This document shows, piece after piece, positions 11,505 through 21,738 of a stretch of 64,000 nt of DNA. Each line of letters opens with the position of its first letter. The first letter of the stretch is position 1. Both the position numbers and the translations under genes were made by a program. The stretch is from Candidatus Zambryskibacteria bacterium RIFOXYC1_FULL_39_10 (lineage in GTDB: Bacteria > Patescibacteriota > Minisyncoccia > Phycocordibacterales > WO2-35-19): assembly GCA_001824275.1 (NCBI GenBank), contig MHWW01000002.1:13266-77265 (forward strand), written 5' to 3'. The notes beneath the pieces are model-generated. The model ran no database searches. It worked only from the letters and a program-made list of their open reading frames with translations, and was not told the DNA's origin.

Positions 11505-12554
11505 CTACAATAATTTTTCTAGAGAGCGTGGATTGGATGAATAAAGATACGCATTTTCTACACTTATTTCACCTTTGTTAACCTTATCTACCAAGCACCT
11601 ATTGAAATCTATCATCCCCTCCGCAGAACTAGTTTCAATAACTGTATTTAACTCATGAGTTCTTTTGTCTCTAATAAGATTTGAAACAGCTGTGTTGTTT
11701 ATCATAAGCTCGTATGCAGGAGTGAGCCCTCCTGATATCTTGGGAATTAGTCTCTGAGAAAAGATACCTGACAGCGAAGCGGCCAACTGAATACGGATTT
11801 GATTTTGCTGAGTCGAATTGAATGAATCAATGATACGATCTACAGTTTGAGCCACATTGTTAGTATGGAGTGTTGAAAAAACCAAATGTCCGGTTTCCGC
11901 CGCAGAGACTGCGGTTGAGATGGTGTCGGCATCTCTCATTTCTCCAACCATAATCACATTGACATCGGCCCTAAACGAATCGTGTAAGGCCGAACCAAAA
12001 CTTGGTGTGTCTATCCCAACCTCTCGCTGGTGAATAATAGATTTTTGGGCAGTAAAGAGATATTCAATCGGATCTTCAATAGTTATAATATTTTCCAATC
12101 TTTCGCTATTGATAGTTTCAATCATCGAGGCCAAAGTAGTTGACTTGCCATGACCAGTCGGCCCAACTACCAAAAAGAATCCTGATTTTAATCTGGCGAA
12201 GTATCCCAAGCTTTCCGGCAAATTCAACTGTGCGAGTGTCGGAATATTTTTGGAAATGTGGCGCAAAGTCATACAAAGTTTTTGCTGATCTAGATAGACA
12301 TGGGCCCTAAATCTTTCGCCTTTATGGTTGTAAGCGAAATCAGCACTTTGCGATACTTTAAATGCCTCTTTTTTTAAATCCGAAAGGACGGCTTTGATGA
12401 TATTTTCCATCACCGTCCTAGTAAATTTTGAATATTTGGTAAGTGGCACCAATTGACCAGAAACACGAATATACGGGTTTCTGTTTTCAGAAATATGCAA
12501 ATCTGAGGCTCCCTCTTTTATTATGAGTTCTATAAGTGTATCTAAATCTTCCAT
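11505..12554 (-). CDS. pilT: Type IV pilus retraction ATPase PilT.
   Basis: Walker A motif GPTGHGKSTT, an Asp box and a His box, characteristic of PilT-type secretion ATPases. Confidence 0.85.
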   Translation of the reverse strand: MEDLDTLIELIIKEGASDLHISENRNPYIRVSGQLVPLTKYSKFTRTVMENIIKAVLSDLKKEAFKVSQSADFAYNHKGERFRAHVYLDQQKLCMTLRHISKNIPTLAQLNLPESLGYFARLKSGFFLVVGPTGHGKSTTLASMIETINSERLENIITIEDPIEYLFTAQKSIIHQREVGIDTPSFGSALHDSFRADVNVIMVGEMRDADTISTAVSAAETGHLVFSTLHTNNVAQTVDRIIDSFNSTQQNQIRIQLAASLSGIFSQRLIPKISGGLTPAYELMINNTAVSNLIRDKRTHELNTVIETSSAEGMIDFNRCLVDKVNKGEISVENAYLYSSNPRSLEKLL

Positions 12555-12555
12555 A

Positions 12556-12963
12556 TTATTTTGGGTTTCTTATTGTATTAAGTACTTCATCCAAAACTTC
12601 CGAAGGTATCGCGGCCGATTTGATGATATAACCAGCGATACCAAGTTTTTTGGCTTCATTTATATAATTTTCTTCACTTTGGTTAGTAAGCATTATAACC
12701 GGTATATTTTCGCCCAATTTACTTTTGCGCATTTCCATTAATGTTTCTATACCGCTTTTCCCCGGCATTACAATATCTAACAAAATCAAATTAATCCCTG
12801 CAGGTTTCTTCAGCTTTTCCAAAAGTTCTTCTCCAGATTTGCAAGCCTCAACCCCGATATCGCTATTACCAAACTTGAGAGCATACATATTTACCAAAAA
12901 ATCGTCATCATCTACAATTATTACTTTATATTTTTTATCTGGATTCATGACAATATTATACAT
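12556..12963 (-). CDS. Single-domain CheY-like response regulator (PilH/PilG-like), located inside the pilus locus.
   Basis: Receiver-domain motifs KVIIVDDDD...LLDIVMPGKSG...K. Confidence 0.75.
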   Translation of the reverse strand: MYNIVMNPDKKYKVIIVDDDDFLVNMYALKFGNSDIGVEACKSGEELLEKLKKPAGINLILLDIVMPGKSGIETLMEMRKSKLGENIPVIMLTNQSEENYINEAKKLGIAGYIIKSAAIPSEVLDEVLNTIRNPK

Positions 12964-12985
12964 TTAATCAATCCGCATAGCTATT

Positions 12986-14749
12986 TTATAACATATTAAA
13001 CTCTTCAAAAGGTATGACTCGACCAAAAGCTTTTATCATGGCGTCTTCTTTCATCGTGAGCATCCCTTTTGATCTGGCATGTTTCCAAATTTCTTGCTCG
13101 GTTGGATTTTTTAAAATGATTTGTTCCAACTCTTTATCCATTTCCAAAACTTCCATTACCGCCACTCGCCCTTTAATACCGCTTGGGCAATTTGGTGCTG
13201 GAGCAATCTCATATACTTCTTTGCCAAAAATAATGTCTTTTTTATAAATTTCTGGCAAATCAACAAACTGCTTTTCAAGCATCATTTTGATACTACCATC
13301 AACTTTGACGGGTTTGCCGGCTCCAGGGCAAAACGATCTGGCAAGCCTTTGAGCAATAGCCAAAACGAGTGTCGGCGCAATCAAATAAGGGTCAATACCC
13401 ATGTCTATGAGTCGTGGGATGACACCAATCGCCGTGTTCGTGTGAATAGTTGAAAAAACCAAGTGACCAGTTAGAGCCGCTTGGATAGCAAGCTGAGCAG
13501 TTTCTTTATCTCTAATTTCACCCACCATGATAATGTCCGGGTCTTGACGCAAAGTAGTTCGGAGACCAGATGCAAAAGTATAGCCGATTTCTGACATTAC
13601 TTGAGACTGACTCATACCTTCCATGTTGTATTCAATCGGATCTTCCAGAGAAAGAACATTTTTGTGTTCCTTATCAACTTCATTCATCATTGAATAGAGA
13701 GTGGTAGATTTTCCTGAACCAGTTGGTCCAGATATGAGAATGAGACCGTAAGGTTTATCAATAGCCCTCATGATTTGTTCCAAATTTCTCTTGCTGAGCC
13801 CGAGTTCGCTCAATCGTTTGATACCCTTTTCTTGGTCCAAAATACGGATAACCACCTTTTCACCAAAATAGGTTGGAAAAGTTGAAACTCGAAAGTCCAC
13901 TTTTCTCTCATTTAATGTAGCCGAAAATCTCCCGTCTTGCGGTTTCCTTTTTTCATCCAGCCTCATATTGGACATGATTTTTATTCTAGCCACTACCGCG
14001 CTGTGAACTCGCGATGGCAAAACGATACTCGTATTCATAATACCGTCCACTCGAAAACGAATCCGGACATTAGCCGCCGTCGGTTCTATGTGAATATCTG
14101 AAGCTCGGCCGTCAATGGCGTATCGGAGTATTGTAGCCACGATTTTGGTAACGGGCGCATTTTCTATAACTTTGGCGTCTTTGGACTCAGAGCTTCCCAA
14201 ATCATTTTCAAATTCATCTTCGCTTGATTCTTTTTTGGTGTCTTTTTTTGTGTCTTTTTCTTCACTTTTGACTTCAGTCACAAACTCCGTCTCAAGCTCG
14301 GATAGTGCTTTGGTAACCTCTCCCGAAAGCCCTTTATATAAATTGATAACTTTATTAAAACTATCTTGCGAAATTATAAAGGTCTTAAAAGGTAAATTGA
14401 TTTTTGATGATATGAAATTAAGAGCATCTCGAGCTGTGATGTTGTCCGGATTGGTAACGCCAACTTCCAACACGCCGTTGTTTACACCAACTGGCACAAA
14501 CTGATAATAAACGGCTGCTTCCTCGGGAATGTAATCAAGCACTTTGCTTGTAATAAGTGAGAGATCAACGCTTTTTACCGGCATTGCATAATATTCCGCT
14601 TTGGCGGCAAGAATGTCTTCCGGGCTCACTCCCAAGGTCAAAAGATTTTCTTCTACATCATCACCTGTTGCATCTACTTTTTCTTTGATTGATGAAATAT
14701 CTTTGGCCTCAATGACCCCTTGTTTTATCAAAACATCTAAAATACTCAT
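12986..14749 (-). CDS. pilB: Type IV pilus assembly ATPase PilB (GspE family).
   Basis: 587 aa with an N-terminal GSPII domain, Walker A GPTGSGKSTT and a tetracysteine-region remnant. Confidence 0.85.
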   Translation of the reverse strand: MSILDVLIKQGVIEAKDISSIKEKVDATGDDVEENLLTLGVSPEDILAAKAEYYAMPVKSVDLSLITSKVLDYIPEEAAVYYQFVPVGVNNGVLEVGVTNPDNITARDALNFISSKINLPFKTFIISQDSFNKVINLYKGLSGEVTKALSELETEFVTEVKSEEKDTKKDTKKESSEDEFENDLGSSESKDAKVIENAPVTKIVATILRYAIDGRASDIHIEPTAANVRIRFRVDGIMNTSIVLPSRVHSAVVARIKIMSNMRLDEKRKPQDGRFSATLNERKVDFRVSTFPTYFGEKVVIRILDQEKGIKRLSELGLSKRNLEQIMRAIDKPYGLILISGPTGSGKSTTLYSMMNEVDKEHKNVLSLEDPIEYNMEGMSQSQVMSEIGYTFASGLRTTLRQDPDIIMVGEIRDKETAQLAIQAALTGHLVFSTIHTNTAIGVIPRLIDMGIDPYLIAPTLVLAIAQRLARSFCPGAGKPVKVDGSIKMMLEKQFVDLPEIYKKDIIFGKEVYEIAPAPNCPSGIKGRVAVMEVLEMDKELEQIILKNPTEQEIWKHARSKGMLTMKEDAMIKAFGRVIPFEEFNML

Positions 14750-14763
14750 AATTATTTAAAAAA

Positions 14764-15090
14764 CTAATTTGAACTAAAAGTTCCGGAAAATGGGTTACTC
14801 TTGCCTACAGGTAATGATATGAGAGGAATTTCAATACTTCTAAAAGATTCAAAAATAGGATCATCAGCCATGTTTGTATCAAAATTTATATTTTCCATTT
14901 CTCTCAAAACTACCGCCACCCTTTCGCCTGCCGCATCTAAATCAGCCGAAGTCCCCGCGTCAGTCGTGAGATCAGTACTTGCTGGCATGAAAATCACTTT
15001 ATAAGCCACGACGAGCAGTGCGAGCAGTACCCCTGCCAAAATAATTGTGCGTTTGTTGTTTTTTGAATTTTTCATATTTATTTTAACCAA
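14764..15090 (-). CDS. Small membrane-anchored protein, PilP-like by position.
   Basis: Has an N-terminal TM helix and sits between pilO and pilB. The assignment is positional only. Confidence 0.4.
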   Translation of the reverse strand: MVKINMKNSKNNKRTIILAGVLLALLVVAYKVIFMPASTDLTTDAGTSADLDAAGERVAVVLREMENINFDTNMADDPIFESFRSIEIPLISLPVGKSNPFSGTFSSN

Positions 15091-15620
15091 TACACTTCAA
15101 ATTCCACATTGTAAGAATAAACTCCATTATCAGCGCCGGTTAATTTCAGGGATTTTATATCTAAGATTCGCAAACTCTGACCCAAATCATTCATAAAGCT
15201 ATTAAATTGACTATACGAACCATTAAAAGAAAAGCTGATGATTGCCGACTGGTAAGGCTTTTGCGGCCCAGCTTCACTTACAGTCTCACCCTGAGCGCTG
15301 TCCGTTTGCCTGAAAGAAGTTTTGTCTACAGACAATCCGTATTTTGAACCAACAGCGTCAATTTGGGAAATTAATTTGACAAAATCTAGTGAATCCGGCA
15401 ACACGGTCTCAATATATTTTTTGTCTTCAGATGAAATTTTGTTATATTTGGTGAGCAATTCATTTTTTTTGGCTTCAATCTCTGTCATCATAACTAAAGT
15501 GCTTTCTTGTTTCTCTTTTTCTGTCATAAGCGCACTTATCTCCCCTACTGACGGATAAGCAAAAGCATACCCGACCGCAATAGTGAGAAGAAAATATATA
15601 AGTAAGGTGGTATTGCTCAT
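15078..15620 (-). CDS. pilO: PilO-like pilus assembly protein.
   Basis: N-terminal TM helix, a coiled coil and a periplasmic domain, with pilM-pilN immediately upstream in the usual order. Confidence 0.55.
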   Translation of the reverse strand: MSNTTLLIYFLLTIAVGYAFAYPSVGEISALMTEKEKQESTLVMMTEIEAKKNELLTKYNKISSEDKKYIETVLPDSLDFVKLISQIDAVGSKYGLSVDKTSFRQTDSAQGETVSEAGPQKPYQSAIISFSFNGSYSQFNSFMNDLGQSLRILDIKSLKLTGADNGVYSYNVEFEVYWLK

Positions 15621-15630
15621 TTAAAATAAA

Positions 15631-16200
15631 TTATGGTGAATAAACGGAAATTTTTGGATCAACAGCGATATCCAAATCAAAAGATACCGAACCTCCATTT
15701 CCCAAACCCAAATTTGAAAATGTCGTTGATTTGAAATATTTAACTTTTGAAAAAACATCTTCTTGCAGAGCAACACTTGCATAGTCGGATGCTTTGCCAT
15801 TCAGACGGACGAGAAGTTCTCCGTCTTTAGATTCGTCATATGACAAATTAATAAACTGAACAGAAGAAACGGTAGAAGAAGCCAGTGTTTCAAGGAAATT
15901 TGACGCTACTTTGTGCTTTATTACTATTGATCTGACGACACCGAGCTTCTTGCTAAATTGAGACATTTTACTAATAGTCTCTTTGTCCAAATTTTTCTCC
16001 TCTTCAGCTAGTTGCAATTGCAAATTTTCAATATCACTTTTGATAATTCCTTTATAAAGATAAAGTCCGGCAGAAAGAATAATAGAAAAAATAAACAAAG
16101 AAACCACCAAGACGCCGAGTATACCGGCCTTTTTCTTTTTGAAAACTTCTTCCGTCACCGATTCTTTGGGTATAAATGATGATTGAAAATTTGGTGCCAT
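15631..16200 (-). CDS. pilN: PilN-like pilus assembly protein.
   Basis: Short cytoplasmic N-terminus, one TM helix, and a coiled-coil periplasmic domain. It follows pilM. Confidence 0.55.
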   Translation of the reverse strand: MAPNFQSSFIPKESVTEEVFKKKKAGILGVLVVSLFIFSIILSAGLYLYKGIIKSDIENLQLQLAEEEKNLDKETISKMSQFSKKLGVVRSIVIKHKVASNFLETLASSTVSSVQFINLSYDESKDGELLVRLNGKASDYASVALQEDVFSKVKYFKSTTFSNLGLGNGGSVSFDLDIAVDPKISVYSP

Positions 16201-16279
16201 ATTATAAATTAATTATACTTCAAAAACAATCCAAATTGTAAAGACTGGTGTTGATTACTTTTAAAGAACGAGCGTTCTT

Positions 16280-17383
16280 TTAAATTTCTTGGAGACAGCG
16301 AAGGGCGGCACCGGTGGCAACGGTAAATTCGGGACCAGTCACTTTGAGTATTTCTTCCAAGAATGCTGGCACCTCTACCTTTTCAAACGGATTGCCAGAA
16401 ACCACTTCAACTTTGAAATTTTGAGCCGCCAAGTCTCTGAAACCTTTGAGAGCCGAGCCACCACCAGTCAGAAATACTGATTTTATATTTTGATTTCGCT
16501 TTTTTTGAAAATCAAACAAAAATCGATTAGCCTCAGAAAAAATCCTCTCAGAAATGACAGTGACCGCTTCGGCAAGGTCTACCCCATCTACAGTTTTGCC
16601 TATTCCTACCGATCTCTTTATAACTTCGGCTTCTTCAACGGAAATATTTAAAATTCTGGCGATATTGGCTGTAATATCTTGAGAACCGCCGTTTATAGTA
16701 TGCGAATTGTGCACCAACCCTCTCTCCACGATATAAAGTTTGGTGGTTGATGCGCCCATATCAAAAATCATAAGCGGCCCTTGCACCCCTTCTAGTACCG
16801 CTCTCATGGTGCTGAAAATTTCTATTTCAAAAAATTTTGCATCAAGACCAGTTTTGGTCACAATTTCTTTGTATTGATTTATGATGTTGTTGTGGATTGC
16901 GACCAAAAGCACATCGACAGTTTTGAGTTTGTTTGATTTGTCTCCCGGTATACTTTCTTCAACTTCTGATCTGGGAATAATGGACCAGTCAATCGTGACG
17001 TCAGAAATCGGCACGGGGATATATTTGCGCGCCTCGATGTTTATCATACCCGCGAGCTCCTTCTCCGGAATTTTAGGCATTTCAATGATAGAGAGTAGTG
17101 ACGCCTTGAATGGTATCGCCAAACCGCAAACTCGGGTGGTGATGGCCACCTCCTTTTCATTTAATAAATCATTTATTGCCGAAATTATTTTGTTGGTCGG
17201 CAGGTTGGTGGATTGACCAACCGATGAGTCAGCGTAAGGCCCCAAAGACAATTCACCATAAGTTTCAAGTATGGCTTTGTCCCCTTTCTTTTTGAGTTGG
17301 ACCACCTTGATAGAAGATGAGCCGATATCAATCCCGAGCACACTGGTATTCTTCTTTTTGAAAATATCAGAAATAAAGCTCAT
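16280..17383 (-). CDS. pilM: Type IV pilus assembly ATPase-like protein PilM (actin/FtsA fold).
   Basis: N-terminus VLGIDIGSSSIKVV and actin-like ATPase motifs. Confidence 0.8.
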   Translation of the reverse strand: MSFISDIFKKKNTSVLGIDIGSSSIKVVQLKKKGDKAILETYGELSLGPYADSSVGQSTNLPTNKIISAINDLLNEKEVAITTRVCGLAIPFKASLLSIIEMPKIPEKELAGMINIEARKYIPVPISDVTIDWSIIPRSEVEESIPGDKSNKLKTVDVLLVAIHNNIINQYKEIVTKTGLDAKFFEIEIFSTMRAVLEGVQGPLMIFDMGASTTKLYIVERGLVHNSHTINGGSQDITANIARILNISVEEAEVIKRSVGIGKTVDGVDLAEAVTVISERIFSEANRFLFDFQKKRNQNIKSVFLTGGGSALKGFRDLAAQNFKVEVVSGNPFEKVEVPAFLEEILKVTGPEFTVATGAALRCLQEI

Positions 17384-17384
17384 A

Positions 17385-18101
17385 ATGTATGATTATAACA
17401 CAATGTCTATCGTCAAGTCATTTAAAAAATGGGTAAAGAGTGTTGTAGAGCTCGCACAGGACCTGCTCGTCCCCGAAGATTTTAAAATTCAAAAGCTTTT
17501 GAATTTGCCCGCCGGGACGATGAGGGATCTTTTGCCCAAATCCCCCGTTTATTCTAAAAACATTTTCGTCCTCTTTGACTACCAAAACAAAGTGGTCCGT
17601 CTCATCGTCAAATCTATCAAATACAAAAACAACGCCAATTTGAGGAAACGCGTCGCAGGATATTTGTATGAAGAAATCATTGACCTCGCCTCCGAAATTG
17701 CCCTTTTTGAAGGAACCTCGCCACTTCTCGTACCTATGCCAATGAGTAAAAAAGAAAAAAGAAACCGAGGATTCAATCAGTGTGAAGAATTAGTGAGAGA
17801 AATAAAAAAATTAGGCGAAGAAAATATTGAAGTTTCTTACAACACTTTAAAAAAAGTGCGAGAAACAGAAAGACAGACAAAATTAAGCCGCGAAGCGCGA
17901 ATGAAAAACGTGAAAAACTCAATGGCGGCAATCAATACGGACGTATATACGAACGTAAGCACGCCCGTAAGTACGACTCAATATCGGACGGTTATTGTTT
18001 TAGATGATGTCTACACTACCGGTGCTTCCCTCTCTGAGGCCCGCAGAGCCCTTTTAGAAACTGGAGCAAAAAGAGTAATTGGCCTTTTTATCACACACTA
18101 A
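17385..18101 (+). CDS. comFC: ComF family protein (ComFC-like phosphoribosyltransferase domain).
   Basis: C-terminal PRTase motif VIVLDDVYTTGASLSEA. I used the ATG at 17385; the ORF track's N-terminal extension overlaps pilM. Confidence 0.65.
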   Translation: MYDYNTMSIVKSFKKWVKSVVELAQDLLVPEDFKIQKLLNLPAGTMRDLLPKSPVYSKNIFVLFDYQNKVVRLIVKSIKYKNNANLRKRVAGYLYEEIIDLASEIALFEGTSPLLVPMPMSKKEKRNRGFNQCEELVREIKKLGEENIEVSYNTLKKVRETERQTKLSREARMKNVKNSMAAINTDVYTNVSTPVSTTQYRTVIVLDDVYTTGASLSEARRALLETGAKRVIGLFITH

Positions 18102-18103
18102 AA

Positions 18104-18640
18104 TTATTTCTTCTTGAATGGGAAGCCGAGGGTTTTGAAGAATTCCGAAGCGGACTCTTTGTTTTTTAAGTTTGTGACGATGGTGGCGGAAAAGCCAAAC
18201 ACATCTTTGAGGTCTTCATCAGCAGTTTCTGAAAATACAGTATGCTCTTTGATTGCGAGAGTATAATTACCCATCTCGTCCAGTGCGTCAATTGAAATGC
18301 CTCTGAAGTCTTTGGTGCGAGGAAGCGCTATATTCAAAAGTCTGTCGAGGAAGCTCCACATCTTCTCCCCTCTCAAAGTGATTTGCACTCCGACGATATC
18401 GCCCTCTCTAGATTTGAAGGAGGCCACTGATTTTTTGGCGCCTCTTTTGATTGGTTTCTGGCCTGTGATTTTGGCTAATCTATCAGTAACAATATCTATT
18501 TTTTTCTTATCATTAAAAGAGCCGACGCCAGAACTCACAACTACCTTCAAAATTTTTGGCGCCTGCATAATATTTTTCAAGCCCAATTTTTCTTTGAGTT
18601 CTTTAAAAGCTTCTTTGGTTTTTTCTTTAAGTAATTTCAT
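18104..18640 (-). CDS. rplE: 50S ribosomal protein L5.
   Basis: 178 aa, uL5-like from the translation, positioned after rplX. Confidence 0.9.
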   Translation of the reverse strand: MKLLKEKTKEAFKELKEKLGLKNIMQAPKILKVVVSSGVGSFNDKKKIDIVTDRLAKITGQKPIKRGAKKSVASFKSREGDIVGVQITLRGEKMWSFLDRLLNIALPRTKDFRGISIDALDEMGNYTLAIKEHTVFSETADEDLKDVFGFSATIVTNLKNKESASEFFKTLGFPFKKK

Positions 18641-18641
18641 A

Positions 18642-18866
18642 TTATTTGTCTTTTACCTTTTTAACATTTGAAACATGCACTGGTGCCGCTTGCTCTATGA
18701 TTTTGCCTTTCTCATTGCTCTTTTTTGGTCTCTGGTGCAATTTCTTTTTATTTATACCTTCTACCAAAACTGCATCTACTTTTGGAAATGCTTTCAAAAC
18801 GACACCGGTTTTACCCCTGTCTTTGCCTGCGATTATTGATACTTTGTCTCCTTTTTTTATTTTCAT
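18642..18866 (-). CDS. rplX: 50S ribosomal protein L24.
   Basis: Has MKIKKGDKV and a KOW motif. Confidence 0.9.
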   Translation of the reverse strand: MKIKKGDKVSIIAGKDRGKTGVVLKAFPKVDAVLVEGINKKKLHQRPKKSNEKGKIIEQAAPVHVSNVKKVKDK

Positions 18867-18893
18867 TTTTTTGTATATTATTCTTTCTTCTTT

Positions 18894-18937
18894 CTCCCCT
18901 CTCCTGCTTCTAGGAGAGGGGTTGGGGGTGAGGTTAA
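18894..18937 (-). repeat. Copy a of a dispersed roughly 45-nt palindromic element (CCCCTCTCCTGC-N-TCTAGGAGAGGGG + TTGGGGGTGAGGTTA). It abuts the rplN stop codon.
   Basis: Nearly identical copies occur at 32718-32763 and 51071-51113. The rplN stop codon TAA is formed by the terminal TTA of the element. Confidence 0.8.
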
Positions 18938-19311
18938 ATCACCTCCGGTGCCAATGTGACGATGGCTTGCATCCCTAATTCAGCGATTTCTCTTGGAATT
19001 GGTCCAAAAATTCTACCAGCCTTGGGCACGATTTCACCCTTTTTTTGTTCCACCACCACCACAGCGTTTTCATCAAAGCGAATATAAGAACCATCTTTTC
19101 GGCGAAGTGGCGCTTTTTGGCGAACCACCAATCCCAAAAGGACTGCTTTCTTTTTTATTTCTTTTCGAGGTTCGGCTTTTTGAACGGAAAAGATGACGAG
19201 CTCACCGATGCGAGCGTATCTCTTTTTGGAACTGCCGAGCACTTTGAAAACTCGCCCTATCTTGGCGCCTGAGTTGTCGGCTACTTTTACGATTGTTTGT
19301 GGCTGAATCAT
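18934..19311 (-). CDS. rplN: 50S ribosomal protein L14.
   Basis: Starts [17 protein letters not shown]. Confidence 0.95.
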   Translation of the reverse strand: MIQPQTIVKVADNSGAKIGRVFKVLGSSKKRYARIGELVIFSVQKAEPRKEIKKKAVLLGLVVRQKAPLRRKDGSYIRFDENAVVVVEQKKGEIVPKAGRIFGPIPREIAELGMQAIVTLAPEVI

Positions 19312-19315
19312 GTTT

Positions 19316-19606
19316 TTATTTTACAATTATGAAATGCTTATCTTTTGAAATCGGCTTGCACTCTCTAATCATGACTTTATCTCCTATCTTTTTGGTATTG
19401 CCGACATCATGAGCTTTATATTTTTTGCTTACTTTATGATATTTTTTGTATTTAGTGTGCTTAACAAATCTGATAACTGAAACCACACAAGTATCTTTCA
19501 TTTTGTCAGATACCACTACACCACTCAAGACTTTACCACCAATCTTTCCTTCTGATTTTTCTTCTGTATTCTTTTTTAATTCTTCTTTTTTCATTTTAAT
19601 TTTCAA
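19316..19606 (-). CDS. rpsQ: 30S ribosomal protein S17 (with a Lys-rich N-terminal extension).
   Basis: Contains [20 protein letters not shown], the S17 OB fold. Confidence 0.85.
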   Translation of the reverse strand: MKIKMKKEELKKNTEEKSEGKIGGKVLSGVVVSDKMKDTCVVSVIRFVKHTKYKKYHKVSKKYKAHDVGNTKKIGDKVMIRECKPISKDKHFIIVK

Positions 19607-19784
19607 TTTTTATATTCAAAGCCGTCTTTATCCTCGCGATTTCTTTCTTTATATTTTTTTGCTCTTTGACATTTTTGCTCTTGCTACCTGCGCCGCCAAA
19701 TCTAATATCGCGCAAAGACAATCGTTTTTCGTTCAATTCCTTTTCAAGATCTCCTGTATTCTTTTTTGTTTTTTCTTTCTTCAT
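19596..19784 (-). CDS. rpmC: 50S ribosomal protein L29.
   Basis: Starts [30 protein letters not shown] trimmed the start to the ATG at 19784. Confidence 0.8.
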   Translation of the reverse strand: MKKEKTKKNTGDLEKELNEKRLSLRDIRFGGAGSKSKNVKEQKNIKKEIARIKTALNIKIEN

Positions 19785-19797
19785 ACAGTTACCAATA

Positions 19798-20217
19798 TTA
19801 TATTCGAGCCACAATCTTAACTTTGACCGGCATCTTGGTACCACCTTTTCGGAGTGACTCTACCGCAACGGGGGCTAAAGCGCCGTCCACCTCAAACATT
19901 ATCTGACCAACTGATACTCTAGCACAGTATCCTTCGATATCCCCTTTTCCCTTACCCATTTTCACTTCGGCCGGCTTTTTGGTAAATGGCATATCAGGGA
20001 AAATACGAATCCAAACTCTTCCGGTTTTGCCCAAGCTTCTAGTGATGGCCTTTCTGGCTGCTTCAATCTGATTGGATGTGATGCGTCCTGGCGCCATCGC
20101 CTTCATACCATGGGAACCAAAAGACACTTTGATACCGCGAGTGGCTGGACCAATCTTTTTGGGGTTTTCACGCAATGTCTGCCATTTTCTATATTTAACT
20201 TTTTTGGGGAATAACAT
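19798..20217 (-). CDS. rplP: 50S ribosomal protein L16.
   Basis: Starts [11 protein letters not shown]... Confidence 0.95.
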   Translation of the reverse strand: MLFPKKVKYRKWQTLRENPKKIGPATRGIKVSFGSHGMKAMAPGRITSNQIEAARKAITRSLGKTGRVWIRIFPDMPFTKKPAEVKMGKGKGDIEGYCARVSVGQIMFEVDGALAPVAVESLRKGGTKMPVKVKIVARI

Positions 20218-20233
20218 GGTATTTGATTAAATA

Positions 20234-20908
20234 TTATGATTTTGTATTTTTATCTTTACTGAAAATATCGCCTTTGTAAATCCAAACTTTAATACCGATT
20301 TTACCAAGTGGCAAAAGCGCTTCATGGAAGGCGTAATCAATATCAGCGCGTAATGTCTGAAGTGGAATTCGTCCCACCTTTTTGGTCTCTGTCCTCGCCA
20401 TATTTGAACCGCCCATAATGCCGGAGAGGGTGACTTTCACGCCCTTCACGTCACGGTTGGCAAAAGCTTTTTCAACCATTGATTTCATCACTCTTCTGAA
20501 AGGTAATCTTTTTTCAAGTCCTTCGGCTACCATTTGAGCGGCAATCATTGAACTTGATTCAGGAGACTTCACTTCTTTGACATCAATTTTGAGCTCTTCT
20601 TTGATACTCAAACTGCGTCGCTTCATGAACTTCACCACATCATCTCGGAGTTTGGTCATGCCCTCGCCACTTCGGCCGATGATAAGTCCTGGACGAGAAG
20701 TTTCAATAATAATTCTAAAAGTTTTGATGTTTCTTTCAATTTCTATGGAATTAACGAAAGCCCCTTTGAGTCTCTTTTTCAAATATTCAAAAATCAAAAC
20801 ATCCCCTTTCAAGTTTTCTTTGTATTTAGATTTAATACCAAACCAGCGTGATCGCCAGTCGCGAATGATACCCAATCTATGTGCATATGGATGTACTGTG
20901 TGACTCAT
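20234..20908 (-). CDS. rpsC: 30S ribosomal protein S3.
   Basis: KH domain plus the S3 C-terminal domain; contains HPYAHRLGIIRDWRSRWF. Confidence 0.95.
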   Translation of the reverse strand: MSHTVHPYAHRLGIIRDWRSRWFGIKSKYKENLKGDVLIFEYLKKRLKGAFVNSIEIERNIKTFRIIIETSRPGLIIGRSGEGMTKLRDDVVKFMKRRSLSIKEELKIDVKEVKSPESSSMIAAQMVAEGLEKRLPFRRVMKSMVEKAFANRDVKGVKVTLSGIMGGSNMARTETKKVGRIPLQTLRADIDYAFHEALLPLGKIGIKVWIYKGDIFSKDKNTKS

Positions 20909-20912
20909 AAAA

Positions 20913-21257
20913 TTATTTAGCCGGCGCTTTTTCTATTAAAGTTATTTTTATATGTGAGGTCCTCTTATGAATAGTGTGAGCGGAGCCGTGAGAAACTGAT
21001 CGACGACGATAAAGTATTTTGCCTCCATCAACTGTAATAGCCTTAACCTTCAAATTTTCTACTACTGCCCCCAAATCTTTAGCATTAGCGATAGCTGAAT
21101 CCAATAATTTGTGTAAAGGGCCAGTCGCTCTCTTGGTAATAAAATCAAGTTTCTTTTTTGCTTCACTCACAGATTTACCACGCAAAACATCAGCGACTAT
21201 TCGCACCTTTCTTGGGGACTGCCTATAGCTATTTAGTTGTGCAGTGATTTCTTGCAT
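20913..21257 (-). CDS. rplV: 50S ribosomal protein L22.
   Basis: 114 aa, uL22-like. Confidence 0.9.
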   Translation of the reverse strand: MQEITAQLNSYRQSPRKVRIVADVLRGKSVSEAKKKLDFITKRATGPLHKLLDSAIANAKDLGAVVENLKVKAITVDGGKILYRRRSVSHGSAHTIHKRTSHIKITLIEKAPAK

Positions 21258-21263
21258 TTTATT

Positions 21264-21608
21264 TTATTTTTTCTTTGTGTCAGCTGTCGCCTTGGCAGAT
21301 TTAGCTGCACTTATTTCATCCTCTTTTTTCTTGGCTTCCAAATCTTTTTGCATTTTACCACCGTGTTTAATAAATTTGCGTGTAAGTGAAAATTCTCCCA
21401 ATCGGTGACCTACCATATCTTCAGTAACAAAAACTTCAATATGATCGCGGCCGTTGTGCACTCCAAAAGTGAAGCCCACCATTTCCGGCGCGATGACGCA
21501 GGCTCTAGACCAAGTTTTAATCACCCCAGTTTCCTGTGGTTTTTTACCTTCAACTTTTTTAATCACCCTAGGATCTACATAGGGTCCTTTTTTGACTGAT
21601 CTAGACAT
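21264..21608 (-). CDS. rpsS: 30S ribosomal protein S19 (with a Lys-rich C-terminal tail).
   Basis: Contains KGPYVDPRV...[15 protein letters not shown]. Confidence 0.9.
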   Translation of the reverse strand: MSRSVKKGPYVDPRVIKKVEGKKPQETGVIKTWSRACVIAPEMVGFTFGVHNGRDHIEVFVTEDMVGHRLGEFSLTRKFIKHGGKMQKDLEAKKKEDEISAAKSAKATADTKKK

Positions 21609-21647
21609 AAAATATGTAAATTTAATCCCGCATAGCGGGACCTCAAT

Positions 21648-21675
21648 ATACTACCAAATAAGCATTTATTGTCAA
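21648..21675 (-). promoter_or_regulatory. Candidate sigma70-type promoter for rpsS: -35 TTGACA (21670-21675), 16-nt spacer, -10 TAGTAT (21648-21653), followed by a CCCGC-TAT-GCGGG leader hairpin.
   Basis: Read from the minus strand. The region just upstream of this block (21690-21720, further upstream of rpsS) holds a strong GGCGGTTGGGG/CCCCAACCGCC hairpin, which looks like the terminator of the preceding gene. Confidence 0.5.
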
Positions 21676-21738
21676 ACTTTACACCCCATATAAACAAAAC
21701 GGCGGTTGGGGTATACTCCCCAACCGCCTATTATTCCG

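Noticed and set aside
17271-17384. N-terminal 38 aa of ORF 17271-18101, overlapping pilM on the opposite strand.
   Set aside because: Antisense overlap with a well-supported pilM. A good internal ATG at 17385 lies right after the pilM start. The ORF track simply uses the longest-ORF convention.
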